64,000 bases of DNA from Candidatus Multivoradales bacterium (GCA_965223325.1 CBDCWI010000002.1:2176001-2240000), one strand, 5' to 3'. Positions 39,205-49,588 are shown, numbered from the stretch's first letter. Numbers and translations: made by a program. The notes: a model not told the origin generated them from the sequence alone.

Positions 39205-39704
39205 CGCACTTCGTCGCCGGGCTCTGGACCTTCGCCCTTGTGTCGCGAGCCCAGGAACATGCCGATGACGAAACCGAGCAATGGCGTCACGATCATGCCG
39301 TCGGCCGCACCGAGCTTTGCCGGGTCGCGCAGCCAGTAGGCCATCCAGAAAGCAGGCCCGAGGGCACCGGCGAGCAGCACCGTCCCCGCCCAGCGAATGT
39401 TGCGCTCGGTTTCAGAGTGCGCATGCTGCCGCTCTGCGGGCGTGACCTCGGGGTCACTGGCGACCTGCCACCGCCGGCGGTCGAGTTCCTGCCGCCGCCG
39501 CATGGTGAACTCGCCCGCTACGACACCCAGCGCCAGCAAGAGCAGATGACCCGGCCAGATCAGAGCCCGCGGACCGTCCGGAAGGGGCGAACAGCCACCG
39601 CCCGTCATCACTCCCAGAAGGAGACCAATCGCCGCCGAACCCAACGCCCAGCTCTGTGCCCGTTCGGCCAGGGACGGCCCACGTTGGTCCGCTGGTGCCG
39701 TCAT
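39201..39704 (-). CDS. hypothetical membrane protein (about 4 TM)
   Basis: ATGA overlap with the TRAP permease stop; hydrophobic helices. Confidence 0.65.
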   Translation of the reverse strand: MTAPADQRGPSLAERAQSWALGSAAIGLLLGVMTGGGCSPLPDGPRALIWPGHLLLLALGVVAGEFTMRRRQELDRRRWQVASDPEVTPAERQHAHSETERNIRWAGTVLLAGALGPAFWMAYWLRDPAKLGAADGMIVTPLLGFVIGMFLGSRHKGEGPEPGDEVR

Positions 39705-41617
39705 CGCCGCCCCATCACGTCGAGCAGCCAGAGGGTCAGGCCCGGCCAGTAGGTAATCAGGAGCACCCCGATTCCGAGGATCGCCAGCATCGGCAAAGCC
39801 GCCCGATAGACCAGGAGGAGCGGGCGATCGAAGCGGTAAGAAGCAAGAAAGAGGTTCAACCCCACCGGCGGTGTCAGGTAGCCGAGCTCGAGGTTGGCGA
39901 TGAAGATGATTCCGAGATGCACCGGGTCGATCTCGAACGCCATGCCCAACGGCACGATCAGCGGTACCACCACGACGGTCGCCGAGAAGATGTCCATCAG
40001 GCAACCGACCAGCAACAGAAAAACGTTCAAGCACAAAAGAAAGACCAGCTTCGACTGAATGTTGTCGCGTACCAGGTCGACGAGGCGTTGGGCGATCTGA
40101 GCATCGACCAACCAACTGGTGAGCCCCATCGCCACGCCGAGAATGATCAGCACGCCGCCCACTAAAACCGCACAGTGGGTAATCACCCGCAACAGGTCAC
40201 GGCGAATCGACAGGTCGCGATGAATCATGCACTGCGCGATGAACGCGTAGAGCGCCGAAACCGCGGCCGCTTCGACGACGGTCGCGAGTCCCGAGAAGAT
40301 CACCCCCAGAATCACCACCGGAAGAATCAGTTCCCACTTCGCCCGCCAGGCGGACCGTAAAAGCTCCGCGCCGGTGAAGGGTTGTCTCGCAACGCCGGTG
40401 ACGACGCCTTCACGCAATCCCCAGGCCGCGATCAAAGACACGAGGAGCAGCCCTGGCAGCACACCTCCAATGAACAGATCCTCGATCGAGATCTTGGCGA
40501 CGATGCCGTAGAGAATGAGCGGCAGAGCTGGCGGCAACAAGAGCCCCAGCGAACCCGACGCGGTCAAAAGACCGATCGAAAACTGTTCGCGGTAGCGCTC
40601 GGCCTGCAACGCCTGAAAGAGAACTCCACCGAGAGCCAGAATGGTGACGCCCGAACCGCCGGTAAAAACCGTGAAGAAGGCGCAAACCACCGCTGCGACC
40701 ACCGCCGTGCCGCCGGGCATCCAGCCGACCAGCGCACGAAACACTGCCAGCAAACGATGCGACGCACGGCCCTCGGCGAGCAGAAAACCGGTGAGCGTGA
40801 AAAGTGGAATCGCCGCGAGGGTCGGCGAGACGGCGAGGCGATAGGTCTCGACCGGAATGGCTTCCGCAGGAATACCGTCGATCAGAAACAGGAGCAGCGC
40901 GGCACCGCCCAGGGCGACGAAGATCGGCCCGCCGAGGAGGGTGGCCAACAGCAGAACCAGAAGCCCCGGTAGAGGTGAAGCGCCTTCGAGAGCCGTCGGG
41001 TGCGTGGCAAGCCAGGCACCGGCAAGTAGACCGAGCGCTGCCACCCCCCGACCGCCCCAGCGGGGTGACGCCACGATGACCAACCGCACCGCCAGGAGGG
41101 CAAACGAAATCGGCATCGCCAACTGCGCGATCCACACCGGCAACCAATTGGCGATCACCACCCCGCCATCTTTCTCGATCGCCACCAGGTTGAAGCTGGC
41201 ATAGGCCAACGCCAGGCAAACGGCCGCGCCTACGGCATGACTGAAGACCTTCGAGGCGTCGCGCCACCGCCCCTCGGGAATCGCCTGGCCGGTTGCCAGT
41301 TGTAGTAGTCGGTCATGGCGCGCGGCGATCGCGGCACCGAGAAACGCGACCCACAAGGTGAGGTGTTGGACCAGCGAAGGTGCACCCGGAATGCCACCGC
41401 CCATCCGCCGCATGACGATCTCGACGATCGGGAGAATCACCATCAGCACCAGGAGGATGCTGGTGACGAGCTCTTCGAACCGATGAAAGGCCCGCAGCAC
41501 CGCGAAACGGCTTTCGGGCGGAGTTTCGAGACCCTCGCCTACGGGAAGATCCGCAGAGTCGTCCGCCACACGGGGAGGATCACTCTCAAGAGGAGCTTGT
41601 GAGGCCGAGTCGGTCAG
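39701..41617 (-). CDS. TRAP transporter fused DctQ-DctM permease
   Basis: LWVAFLGAAIAAR, LAAIPLFTLTG, TGGSGVTI, SGSLGLLLPP, GYLTPPVGLNLF; start approximate (CTG 41617 or GTG 41569). Confidence 0.9.
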   Translation of the reverse strand: MTDSASQAPLESDPPRVADDSADLPVGEGLETPPESRFAVLRAFHRFEELVTSILLVLMVILPIVEIVMRRMGGGIPGAPSLVQHLTLWVAFLGAAIAARHDRLLQLATGQAIPEGRWRDASKVFSHAVGAAVCLALAYASFNLVAIEKDGGVVIANWLPVWIAQLAMPISFALLAVRLVIVASPRWGGRGVAALGLLAGAWLATHPTALEGASPLPGLLVLLLATLLGGPIFVALGGAALLLFLIDGIPAEAIPVETYRLAVSPTLAAIPLFTLTGFLLAEGRASHRLLAVFRALVGWMPGGTAVVAAVVCAFFTVFTGGSGVTILALGGVLFQALQAERYREQFSIGLLTASGSLGLLLPPALPLILYGIVAKISIEDLFIGGVLPGLLLVSLIAAWGLREGVVTGVARQPFTGAELLRSAWRAKWELILPVVILGVIFSGLATVVEAAAVSALYAFIAQCMIHRDLSIRRDLLRVITHCAVLVGGVLIILGVAMGLTSWLVDAQIAQRLVDLVRDNIQSKLVFLLCLNVFLLLVGCLMDIFSATVVVVPLIVPLGMAFEIDPVHLGIIFIANLELGYLTPPVGLNLFLASYRFDRPLLLVYRAALPMLAILGIGVLLITYWPGLTLWLLDVMGRR

Positions 41618-42741
41618 TGCCCACCTCCGTCGGCAGCACCGGCAGCCTCCTGCTGGGCGCGCCAGGCGGTCCGTGCCTTCATCGCCTCGTCGAAGATCGG
41701 CTCGGGAACCATGTCGCCGCGCATGTCTTCGGCGAACTCTTCCGCCTTCGCCTTCCATTCCGCCGCGGCCGGCGTGCCTTCGATCGGCACGACCTCGAGC
41801 CCCTGCGACTCCATCAACTTGACCGACAGGGTGTCGGCGGCCGGAATGCGCACGAAGACCTGCTCCTGTGCCACCTTGCCGGCCGCCAGGAGGGCCGCCT
41901 GGTCCGCGGCGCTCAGTTTGTCGAAGCTGCGCTTCGACATCAGAATCGCGCCGATCATCGGGGCCAGCGGCATGTCAGCCATGTACTTGGCCTGCTTGTA
42001 GAACTGAACCTGCGAGGCATAGAGCGGTGGCACCGAAAGCGCCGTGATCATGCCGGTCTGTAAGCCCGTCACGATGTCGTTGGCCGAGAGCGCAACCGGC
42101 TGGAAGCCGTTCTCGCGCCACCAGCGCTCCATCCCTGCATCCCCCGCCCAGGTGAAGATCTTCATCTTCTTCATGTCTGCCACCGACTGCGCGCGCTCGG
42201 TGGTGAAGAAATACACCCAACCGACATAGCCCCAGCCGAGCAGCTTGAAACCACCATCTTCGAGCCGTTTCGACAAGCTGGGCGTGAGCTCCTCGAGCAC
42301 GTGCGCCATCTCGTCGAAGTCGCGGTAGAAGAGCGGAACTTCGAAGACGGTGAAGTCTTTGTGGATATCGACCAGGCCGCTGACCGAAAGCGCCGCCGCC
42401 TGGTACTGGCCGATCTTGAGCTTGCGCAGAATGTCGGGCTCGTCGCCGACCACCCCGCCGGCGTAGACGGTCAGCTCGACGCGACCGTCGGTGCCTGTCT
42501 TCCAGGCCTCGCCCATGTCACGCAGGATCTTGTCGTAGGGCGACCCTTCCGGGGCGAGGGTTGCCATCTTGATGTTGGTCTGCGCCAGTGACGGAGCGGC
42601 CAAGGATAAGGCGAGCGCGATCAGGACCAGAACATGGCCTGCGCGAATCAACCGGTCGATCAGGGTCACGCTGCGGTCGAGGGTCGCTCTGCGGACGACT
42701 GCCCGCCGCGACCCAGCACTCTCAGCCAGGCGATTCTTCAT
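41614..42741 (-). CDS. dctP: TRAP transporter substrate-binding protein (DctP/TatP-like)
   Basis: IKMATLAPEGSP, YAGGVVGDE..LRKLKIGQ, GWGYVGWVYFF, GLQTGMI. Confidence 0.88.
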   Translation of the reverse strand: MKNRLAESAGSRRAVVRRATLDRSVTLIDRLIRAGHVLVLIALALSLAAPSLAQTNIKMATLAPEGSPYDKILRDMGEAWKTGTDGRVELTVYAGGVVGDEPDILRKLKIGQYQAAALSVSGLVDIHKDFTVFEVPLFYRDFDEMAHVLEELTPSLSKRLEDGGFKLLGWGYVGWVYFFTTERAQSVADMKKMKIFTWAGDAGMERWWRENGFQPVALSANDIVTGLQTGMITALSVPPLYASQVQFYKQAKYMADMPLAPMIGAILMSKRSFDKLSAADQAALLAAGKVAQEQVFVRIPAADTLSVKLMESQGLEVVPIEGTPAAAEWKAKAEEFAEDMRGDMVPEPIFDEAMKARTAWRAQQEAAGAADGGGH

Positions 42742-42882
42742 AACGAGCTCCAGGTGCCGCGAAGGGGTGAGGGACGAGTTGGAAACTGTAGAGAGGCCAA
42801 GAAACACGATAGCGGGGGCCTTTCAGAAGCGTCAAGAAGGGTGCTATGGACACATGTCCCAAAAACCTGAGGTGCGTTCCGG

Positions 42883-43653
42883 TCAAAGCTGGCGGAAGAC
42901 TGGAGCTCCCGCCGGCAGCGCCTCCCCGGCGCTTCCCCACTCGCCTAGAACGAAAACCTCCGTCAGCCGCCGACAGAGCCTGCGCTGGGGCCGCCGCGGC
43001 TTCGCCAGCTGCTCTTCGAGGGTGCGGGCATCTTCGGCCGCCAGCACGACGGCGGCTGGACGCAGCCAGTAGAGACTGGACAGCAGCGCGCGCGACGAGG
43101 GTTCGAGCAGCAACACGTCGGCGAGAGAGAGCACGTCTTCGCCTTCTGAACCGGCGACTCGCACGGCATACTCGAGCCCCAGGAGGAGCGACGCGCGGGG
43201 CTCGCGAGACTGAGGGCCCTCGTCGTGAGTCGCCGAGAAGGAACCTGTACCTCTTTGTGAAACGTCGGCCAACGGAGCGACCACGGAGTAGCCGATCGAG
43301 AGTTTAGGCGTGGCGGCACGCTTCGTCCCACGCCACTCGAGCCTCTGCTCCCAACTGTCATGGTCCGCCTCGGCCAGCTGCGAGGAACCGCCGGACAGTC
43401 GAGTGGTGAGGGCAAGAAGGAAGGCTTCAGGGGCTCGGGCTTCCAGCAAGAGGTCGAGGGGCTCGTCGCTGACCGCGAGCTCGGTCGCCCATAGCCCGAC
43501 GGCCGCCAACGCTTCGGCCCGGGACAACCAGCGCCAGTCATGCCCCCGTGGGAAAAAGAGCCACGGCTTCCAACCCTCCTCCTGGAGGGCATCGAGAAGA
43601 GTGCCAGCCAACGCCCCCGGCGGACCGTTCTCAGCGGTCGGAGTTCTCGCCAT
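42883..43653 (-). CDS. hypothetical protein, possibly a degenerate acyl-CoA ligase-like fold
   Basis: WLFF.RG.DWRWLS start and LRP..V segment recall FadD-type proteins, but no TSGxTG motif. Confidence 0.5.
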   Translation of the reverse strand: MARTPTAENGPPGALAGTLLDALQEEGWKPWLFFPRGHDWRWLSRAEALAAVGLWATELAVSDEPLDLLLEARAPEAFLLALTTRLSGGSSQLAEADHDSWEQRLEWRGTKRAATPKLSIGYSVVAPLADVSQRGTGSFSATHDEGPQSREPRASLLLGLEYAVRVAGSEGEDVLSLADVLLLEPSSRALLSSLYWLRPAAVVLAAEDARTLEEQLAKPRRPQRRLCRRLTEVFVLGEWGSAGEALPAGAPVFRQL

Positions 43654-43670
43654 CTGGTCTCGGAGGCTAT

Positions 43671-43715
43671 CCTGTTGGTGGAGCCCCTGTTGGTGGAGCC
43701 CCTGTTGGTGGAGCC
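43671..43715. repeat. tandem repeat, 3 x 15 bp
   Basis: CCTGTTGGTGGAGCC three times, exact. Confidence 0.95.
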
Positions 43716-43780
43716 CTGTCGCCCGGGACACGCCCTGCTCTCCTCGCGAAGCGCCGGGAATTGCCATCGCTCAGGCCGTG

Positions 43781-43822
43781 TTTCGGTTTCAACCCAGAGG
43801 TTTTCGGTTTCAACCCAGAGGT
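43781..43822. repeat. tandem repeat, 2 x 21 bp
   Basis: TTTCGGTTTCAACCCAGAGGT twice, exact. Confidence 0.95.
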
Positions 43823-43886
43823 GCAGTGCGTCGCCCTCTCCGTCTTCTGCCTCAACATCGGCGAATCTCGAGTTACCACCCGAACC

Positions 43887-45668
43887 ATGCTGCTCTTCCG
43901 CTCTCAACCATCGCCTGCGTCGGAACTGCTTGGCCGCGCCCTCTTTGCACTATGCGTGGTGGCGATGAGCCCTCCGCTCGCCGCCCAGAAAATCGACAAC
44001 TCAGGGCTGTTCGAGAAGAGTCTTCAGGCCGCGTCACAAACAGTGCGCCAGTACGGAACCTTCGGCAACGACGAGGTCATCGACTCTGCTCCGGGCTCCA
44101 ACCAGGAGACCGAGCTCGAGCGCGTCAACCGCATCGGCTACCGACTCGCCGCGGCGTCGGGCTACGAGAAGTACCCCTTCACCTTCACCTTGGTTGACAT
44201 GCCGATCCCGAACGCGTTCGCGCTCCCGGCCGGTCAGATCTTCATCACCCGCGGCATGCTCGACCTCGGTCTCGACGACGGTGAACTGGCGGCGCTCCTG
44301 GGGCACGAGATCGCCCACGTCACCGAAGAGCACTTCCTGCGCATGCGCAAGCGCGCCAAACTGTTGAACGCCCTCTCGACCCTGGTGATGGCGGGCGCCG
44401 TCTACGCGGCCAGCCAGACCTCGGCCGACGACGTCTACACCGGGCCCTACGGCGCCACTCGTGACGACAACACCGCTCGGCTGGCTCAAGGGGCGATGCA
44501 GGCGAGCATGATCGCCACCGAGCTTCTGATGCGCAGCTACAGCCGGGGGCACGAAGACGAAGCAGACGAGGAAGGCCAGCGACTGGCGGCGGCTGCGGGT
44601 TTCGACCCGCTGGGTGCCCACCGTCTGATGTCGAAGATGAGCGCCCGCATCCCGCAGGCGCGCACCTACGGCTACCTACACACCCACCCCTTCCTCGACG
44701 ATCGGGCGAGCGCTGCCGAAGCGCGCGCACCGCAGTTCAAGGTGCTCGACGAACCAGCCCCTCCCTACGAGTATCGAGCGCGTTCGCAGAAGGTCCTGCT
44801 CGACTTCCTCGAGGGGCGCAAGCTCGATCCACCGATCGTCGACCTGATCGAAGACTCGGCACTCGTGGTGTGGCCCCAGGGCGAGCTGGCAGACAACTTG
44901 CGCCTCAAGCAACTGCACGAAGAAAAGCAACGAGTCGAAGACCGCCTGGCCCTGGCGCAAAACTGGGGTGAACTCAGGGAGCACTACGAAAGAGCTCTCC
45001 ACGAAGTCGCCAAGCACACTCCCGAAAGCCCTCTCATCGCCACCCTGGAAAAGGAGCTCGGCGAGTTTCGCAGCAAACTCGAGGAGCTCTACCCCACGGC
45101 CGTCGAAACCTTCGAGAATGGCGTGTACGAAACGCCGTTCCTCGAGACCTTTCAAAGCAACTACCCCGACGCGGCCGAGAAGCAGGCCGTCGCCCTCCAG
45201 CTCGGGCGCTCCTACAGTCGTATGGGCCGAGAGACCGATGCGGTCGAAAACCTTCTCGCCGCCTGGAACGCCGGCGGTGACGAAGAAATGCGCACCGAAG
45301 CGCGCACCGGCTTGCGCAACCTCGCTCCCATGCTCGACCAACTCGGTGCCCTCGAAGTCCTGGCGACCCAGGCGGACGACCCCGAGCTCAAGGAGCTGGC
45401 CATCGTTCGACTCGACGCCTACGCCTCGAAGTACAAACAAATCGAAAACGGTGCCGACTATCTCGCACGCTTCCCCAAAGGCCTGTATGCCGAAACCGTG
45501 CGCACGCGGCTCGACCACCTCGCCGACGCCCTCTACCGCGAGATGGTGCTCTACCAACAGTCGGGAAGCCCCGCCAAGGCAATTGAGAAAGCGCGCCAGA
45601 TTCTCGAGTACGCACCGCTGTCAGCAGCCGCCGAGCGCTTGAGCGAAGAGAGCATCGACGACGTCTGA
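43887..45668 (+). CDS. M48 family zinc metalloprotease (BepA-like) with helical/TPR C-terminus
   Basis: Signal peptide; PNAFALPAG, LGHEIAH, YSR..E.EAD, THP. Confidence 0.9.
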   Translation: MLLFRSQPSPASELLGRALFALCVVAMSPPLAAQKIDNSGLFEKSLQAASQTVRQYGTFGNDEVIDSAPGSNQETELERVNRIGYRLAAASGYEKYPFTFTLVDMPIPNAFALPAGQIFITRGMLDLGLDDGELAALLGHEIAHVTEEHFLRMRKRAKLLNALSTLVMAGAVYAASQTSADDVYTGPYGATRDDNTARLAQGAMQASMIATELLMRSYSRGHEDEADEEGQRLAAAAGFDPLGAHRLMSKMSARIPQARTYGYLHTHPFLDDRASAAEARAPQFKVLDEPAPPYEYRARSQKVLLDFLEGRKLDPPIVDLIEDSALVVWPQGELADNLRLKQLHEEKQRVEDRLALAQNWGELREHYERALHEVAKHTPESPLIATLEKELGEFRSKLEELYPTAVETFENGVYETPFLETFQSNYPDAAEKQAVALQLGRSYSRMGRETDAVENLLAAWNAGGDEEMRTEARTGLRNLAPMLDQLGALEVLATQADDPELKELAIVRLDAYASKYKQIENGADYLARFPKGLYAETVRTRLDHLADALYREMVLYQQSGSPAKAIEKARQILEYAPLSAAAERLSEESIDDV

Positions 45669-45791
45669 GGGTCAGGTGCACCGCGCGAAGTCGCTATGAT
45701 GTCGACATAAAATAGGCAGTAGGCACTTTCGCCCCCAAGAGCCGGTCCCCCTTTTCCTGTGCCCTCCGGATGACCGCACCCACATCCCGAG

Positions 45792-47879
45792 ATGCAGCAG
45801 CCAGCCAACACCACCCTGCCCCGCCGTTATGGCCGCTTCGAGGTCCTTGAGGTTCTCGGGCGTGGCGGCATGGCGACCGTCTACCTGGCGCTCGATCCGA
45901 TCATCGGCCGCAAGCTCGCCCTCAAGGTCTTGCGCATCGACGAAGGCATGAACGACGCGGAAGCGGCCGAAACCCGCGACCGCTTCGAGCGCGAGTTTCG
46001 CGCTGCTGGCACTCTGACCCACCCGAATATCGTCACCATCTACGATGTCTCGAATGGCAACCGCGACCTCGGCCAGGACGACGCCGGCCGCACCGCGACC
46101 TTCATTGCCATGGAGTACATCGGTGGGCGCAGCCTGCGCGACCTGCTCAAGCAGGAGACCGAGCTCGACTCGATCGACGTGGTCAACCTCGCCGTGCAGC
46201 TCGGTTCGGCGCTCGACTACGCTCACGCCGCCGGCATCGTGCATCGCGACGTCAAGCCGGCGAACATTCTGTTGACCGAAGCCGGTACTCCCAAGATCAC
46301 CGACTTCGGGATTGCCCGCGCGCGTGCGCACGCGATTCATCTCACCCAGACCGGCATGGTCGTTGGCACGCCGCACTACATGTCTCCCGAGCAGGTGACT
46401 GGGCAGGCCATCGACGGGCGCTCGGACCAATTCGCGATGGCAGTGATCCTCTATCGCATCCTGACCGGCGAACTGCCGTTTACCGGCGACGGCCCATCGA
46501 CCGTGCTCTACAACGTCGTGCACCTCGAACCAAGTGCCCCGCGCGAGCACCGCCCCGGCTTGCCGGAGGCGGTCGACACGGTGCTTTTGAAGGCACTCTC
46601 GAAGGACCCGGCAGAGCGCTATCCAGACTGCGAGGCTCTCGCAGAAGCCCTGCGCACCGCCCTTGGCGTCGAAACCGGCACCGGCGCCAACGTGGCCTAC
46701 CCGATGTCCGTGGGCGCCCTGCCGCTCGCTTCACCACCGGCGCCCCCGAGCCCCAACTGGAGGAAGCGCCTGGCGCCGGTCGCCATTCTGTTGGCGACCA
46801 CCGCATTGGCCGTTCTGCTCGGCCTCTTCCTGGCGTCGAATCTGCGCGACAGCACGGAGGCCACCCTCGGCGAGGATGCAGTCGCCCCGACGGCAGAGGT
46901 GGCGATGACCGTCGATGTGGGCGGCGTCGAGGAAGGCACGGAAATCTGGGTCAATGGCCGCGACTCGGGAAAGCGCATGCCCGGCGAACTGCTGTTGACC
47001 GGCAGCCCCAACGCCCTCGTCGCGCTCGAGCTGAGGCGTGACGGCCAGAGCATCGCCTTTCGCGAAGTCGAGCTCACGGATGGCACCTTGATGTGGGAGC
47101 TCTCGGCCCCACCCGACGAAAGCGAACCCGAGGACGCACCACCACCAGAGCGCACCCAGCCCACACGCCCGAAGCCAGCCGCGCCGGTCTCCGAGCCGCC
47201 TGCCGTGACCAGCGGTCCGGTGACTCGCCAGATCACCATCGTCACCGATCCGCCGGGAGCAGAAGTCATCCTCAATGGAGAAGACGTCCTCGGCCCGACG
47301 CCCACACCGGTCCTCCTCCGCGAAGGCGAAACCTATGCCCTCGATCTCAGTCTCGACGGCCATCTCGACCGCCGCGTGAGCTTCGACTTCCCCGACGACC
47401 TGCGGGTCTCGAGTATCGAGAAGGGCGAGCTCTTTCTGGTCCTCGAACCCCGCACCCTGGCACCAGGCGAAGGCCTCCTGGGGGTCACGGCGGCTCCCTA
47501 CGACGTCGAGCTCGAGGTCGACGGTCGCACCTGGGGGCCAGCGCGAGACCTCGACGTACCGCTGGCAGCCGGCACCTATGCCGTGATCTTGCGGTCGCGC
47601 GAGGTGCTCCTCGAGCGCGACTTCCCGCGTCTCCAGGTGCGGGCGGGCGAGCGCATCACCCTCGAGCTGCCGCGCACGATTCCCGTAGCAATTACCACCG
47701 AACCAGGTCACGGGCTGGTCACAGTCGACGGCCAGGAGATCGGGAATGCGCCTTTAACCTACGAAATGGTGGTCGGACGCCACGAATTTCTGGTGAAATG
47801 GGCAGATGGCGACGCTTCTCGCCGGGTTCGCCGGCGGGTCACGGGCCGCACGGGGAAGCTCCATTTCTCCGCTCCCTGA
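45792..47879 (+). CDS. membrane Ser/Thr protein kinase with extracytoplasmic PEGA domains
   Basis: LGRGGMATVY, ALK, HRDVKPAN, DFGIA, GTPHYMSPEQ; one TM helix; TDPPGAEV and TEPGHGLVTVDG PEGA repeats. Confidence 0.92.
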   Translation: MQQPANTTLPRRYGRFEVLEVLGRGGMATVYLALDPIIGRKLALKVLRIDEGMNDAEAAETRDRFEREFRAAGTLTHPNIVTIYDVSNGNRDLGQDDAGRTATFIAMEYIGGRSLRDLLKQETELDSIDVVNLAVQLGSALDYAHAAGIVHRDVKPANILLTEAGTPKITDFGIARARAHAIHLTQTGMVVGTPHYMSPEQVTGQAIDGRSDQFAMAVILYRILTGELPFTGDGPSTVLYNVVHLEPSAPREHRPGLPEAVDTVLLKALSKDPAERYPDCEALAEALRTALGVETGTGANVAYPMSVGALPLASPPAPPSPNWRKRLAPVAILLATTALAVLLGLFLASNLRDSTEATLGEDAVAPTAEVAMTVDVGGVEEGTEIWVNGRDSGKRMPGELLLTGSPNALVALELRRDGQSIAFREVELTDGTLMWELSAPPDESEPEDAPPPERTQPTRPKPAAPVSEPPAVTSGPVTRQITIVTDPPGAEVILNGEDVLGPTPTPVLLREGETYALDLSLDGHLDRRVSFDFPDDLRVSSIEKGELFLVLEPRTLAPGEGLLGVTAAPYDVELEVDGRTWGPARDLDVPLAAGTYAVILRSREVLLERDFPRLQVRAGERITLELPRTIPVAITTEPGHGLVTVDGQEIGNAPLTYEMVVGRHEFLVKWADGDASRRVRRRVTGRTGKLHFSAP

Positions 47880-47992
47880 GGTTCTTCGTCGCACTCCCCC
47901 TTCCCTTCCCTCCCACGTTGCCCGCTACTGCGCCCTACCCTCGGCCGTCGCATTTCACTCTGAACTGGCGCCTCCTCTGAGGCACGGATCCC

Positions 47993-49588
47993 ATGAGCTG
48001 TACCCCCCCTTCCCCGAACCACTCTCCGAATCATTCTCCGATTCGTTCCCCGCTCCCGCTGTCGCTGGGCAGGCTGGTCGCTCTCGTCCTGGCGGCGGTC
48101 GTCGTCACGCCAGGCCAGCCTGTCGACGCGCAGGGCGCGAGCGATCCAGCAGCCGAACGCCTGATGATGGAAGCCCGACGCCACATCGAGCGCGGCGACA
48201 TCGATGCGGCGCTCGCCGAGCTCGGCGCCCTGGTCCAACGTCTCCCCGACACGCGTCAGGCGCCCGAAGCACTCTTGATGTCGTTGCGCCTGCAGCTGCG
48301 TGCCGGGCGCACGGGCGACGCACGCGCGACCTCCGAGCGCCTGATCTCGAAGTATCCGCAGAGCGGCGAGGCGGCTAGCGCGGCCGTTTTGCAAGCACGG
48401 AGCCGGATCGAACAGGCGGTATCGCCTGCCGATCTCGAACAGGCGCGTACAGAACTACGTCGGGTCCCCAACCTCTACGGCTCGGAGGCCTTCCCGACGC
48501 TCGTCGCCCGCAGCGAGGCACGGGTCTTGTCAGCCTACTGTTCGATGAACCTCGGCGATCTGGAAGCGGCGGCCGCCGACCTGGTGGTGGTCATTGAAGA
48601 CGAGCCTCCTTCCCCCTTCACCGACCGAGCACGTCTCGACTTCGCCCGCGTTCTCTTGCTCGAGGGTGACTGGCAAGCTTCCGCCGATCTTCTGCAGCGC
48701 ATCATCGAAAGCTCGAACGAGCAGGACGACCCGATGGTCGTGGACCGGGCACGGCGGCTGCTCGGTCTGGTCTACCGCCTGTTGGTCCGACCGGCTGCCG
48801 GCCTCGCTCCCTGGCAGCGCACCTCGGCGGTCACTCCGACCGGCGTGCAGTGGAAGAAGCCGGTCGCCGTGGCCGCCGGTGACGGTTCACGGCAGGCGGT
48901 GTGCGACCAGGGGCTCGGCACCTGCCTTGTCATCGACGGCTCGGACGTACTCGCCCGCCTGGACGTCAGACGACCCCAACGCGTCACCTTCGAAGGCAGC
49001 GGGCGCTTCAGCAGTGCACGCCGCGCCTGGGTGGTAGCGTCCGACGGCATGGCCGCTCTCGATCGCTCGGCCTCGCTCGTGCGTCTCGAGGCAACCGGCA
49101 AGTCGCGACCGCTCTCGAAGATCGAGGCGGCCTCGACGGGTGCGCTCAACCTTTGGTTCGTGGTCGACCGCGACGTCGACGGCATCGCGGTCGTCGATAG
49201 CAGCGGCCGATCGCTGGGAAGTGCCGGCACCGGCCAGGTGATCAAGCCGATCGACATTGCCACCGACCCGCAGGGCAGCGTCTGGGTGCTCGACGAACAG
49301 AACGGCGTGGTACGACTCGGCATCGACCGCCGAGCCCAGAGCAGCTTCCGGGTGTCCGCCAAGAAGCCCCGGGCGATCACCGTCGACGCCCTGGCCAACG
49401 TCTACGTGCTCGATGGTGCCAACGGAGCGATCAGCGTCTACGACAAGCGCGGTCGCAACATTCACAACCTCGGCCCGACATTCCCCGGCGGCGTGTCACT
49501 GCGCAGCCCCGAAGACATCGCCGTCGACGCGGCTGGCCGCTTGTTTGTAGTCGATTCGCGCGACGCGCGCATGGTGATGATCGAATGA
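47993..49588 (+). CDS. secreted TPR plus NHL-repeat beta-propeller protein
   Basis: Signal peptide; BamD/YfiO-like helical repeats; P.DIA.D..G.V.VLD NHL repeats. Confidence 0.8.
   Translation: MSCTPPSPNHSPNHSPIRSPLPLSLGRLVALVLAAVVVTPGQPVDAQGASDPAAERLMMEARRHIERGDIDAALAELGALVQRLPDTRQAPEALLMSLRLQLRAGRTGDARATSERLISKYPQSGEAASAAVLQARSRIEQAVSPADLEQARTELRRVPNLYGSEAFPTLVARSEARVLSAYCSMNLGDLEAAAADLVVVIEDEPPSPFTDRARLDFARVLLLEGDWQASADLLQRIIESSNEQDDPMVVDRARRLLGLVYRLLVRPAAGLAPWQRTSAVTPTGVQWKKPVAVAAGDGSRQAVCDQGLGTCLVIDGSDVLARLDVRRPQRVTFEGSGRFSSARRAWVVASDGMAALDRSASLVRLEATGKSRPLSKIEAASTGALNLWFVVDRDVDGIAVVDSSGRSLGSAGTGQVIKPIDIATDPQGSVWVLDEQNGVVRLGIDRRAQSSFRVSAKKPRAITVDALANVYVLDGANGAISVYDKRGRNIHNLGPTFPGGVSLRSPEDIAVDAAGRLFVVDSRDARMVMIE

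Noticed and set aside
43671-43822. Possible CRISPR array
   Set aside because: Repeats are directly adjacent with no spacers, and no cas genes are in the window.
43548-43886. Long N-terminal extensions in the ORF track (M48, GbsR to 35951, monooxygenase to 26628, PadR to 6789, permease to 6217)
   Set aside because: They overlap neighbouring genes or operators; signal peptides and domain starts indicate later start codons.
45699-45708. ATGTCGACAT palindrome upstream of the kinase as a second PadR site
   Set aside because: Only 10 bp, lacks the 9-bp spacer of the padR-proximal repeat, and GTCGAC is very frequent here.
48011-48052. SPNH-SPNH-SPIR 12-bp imperfect repeats at the start of the TPR-NHL gene
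   Set aside because: Short low-complexity stretch before the signal peptide with no evidence of function.
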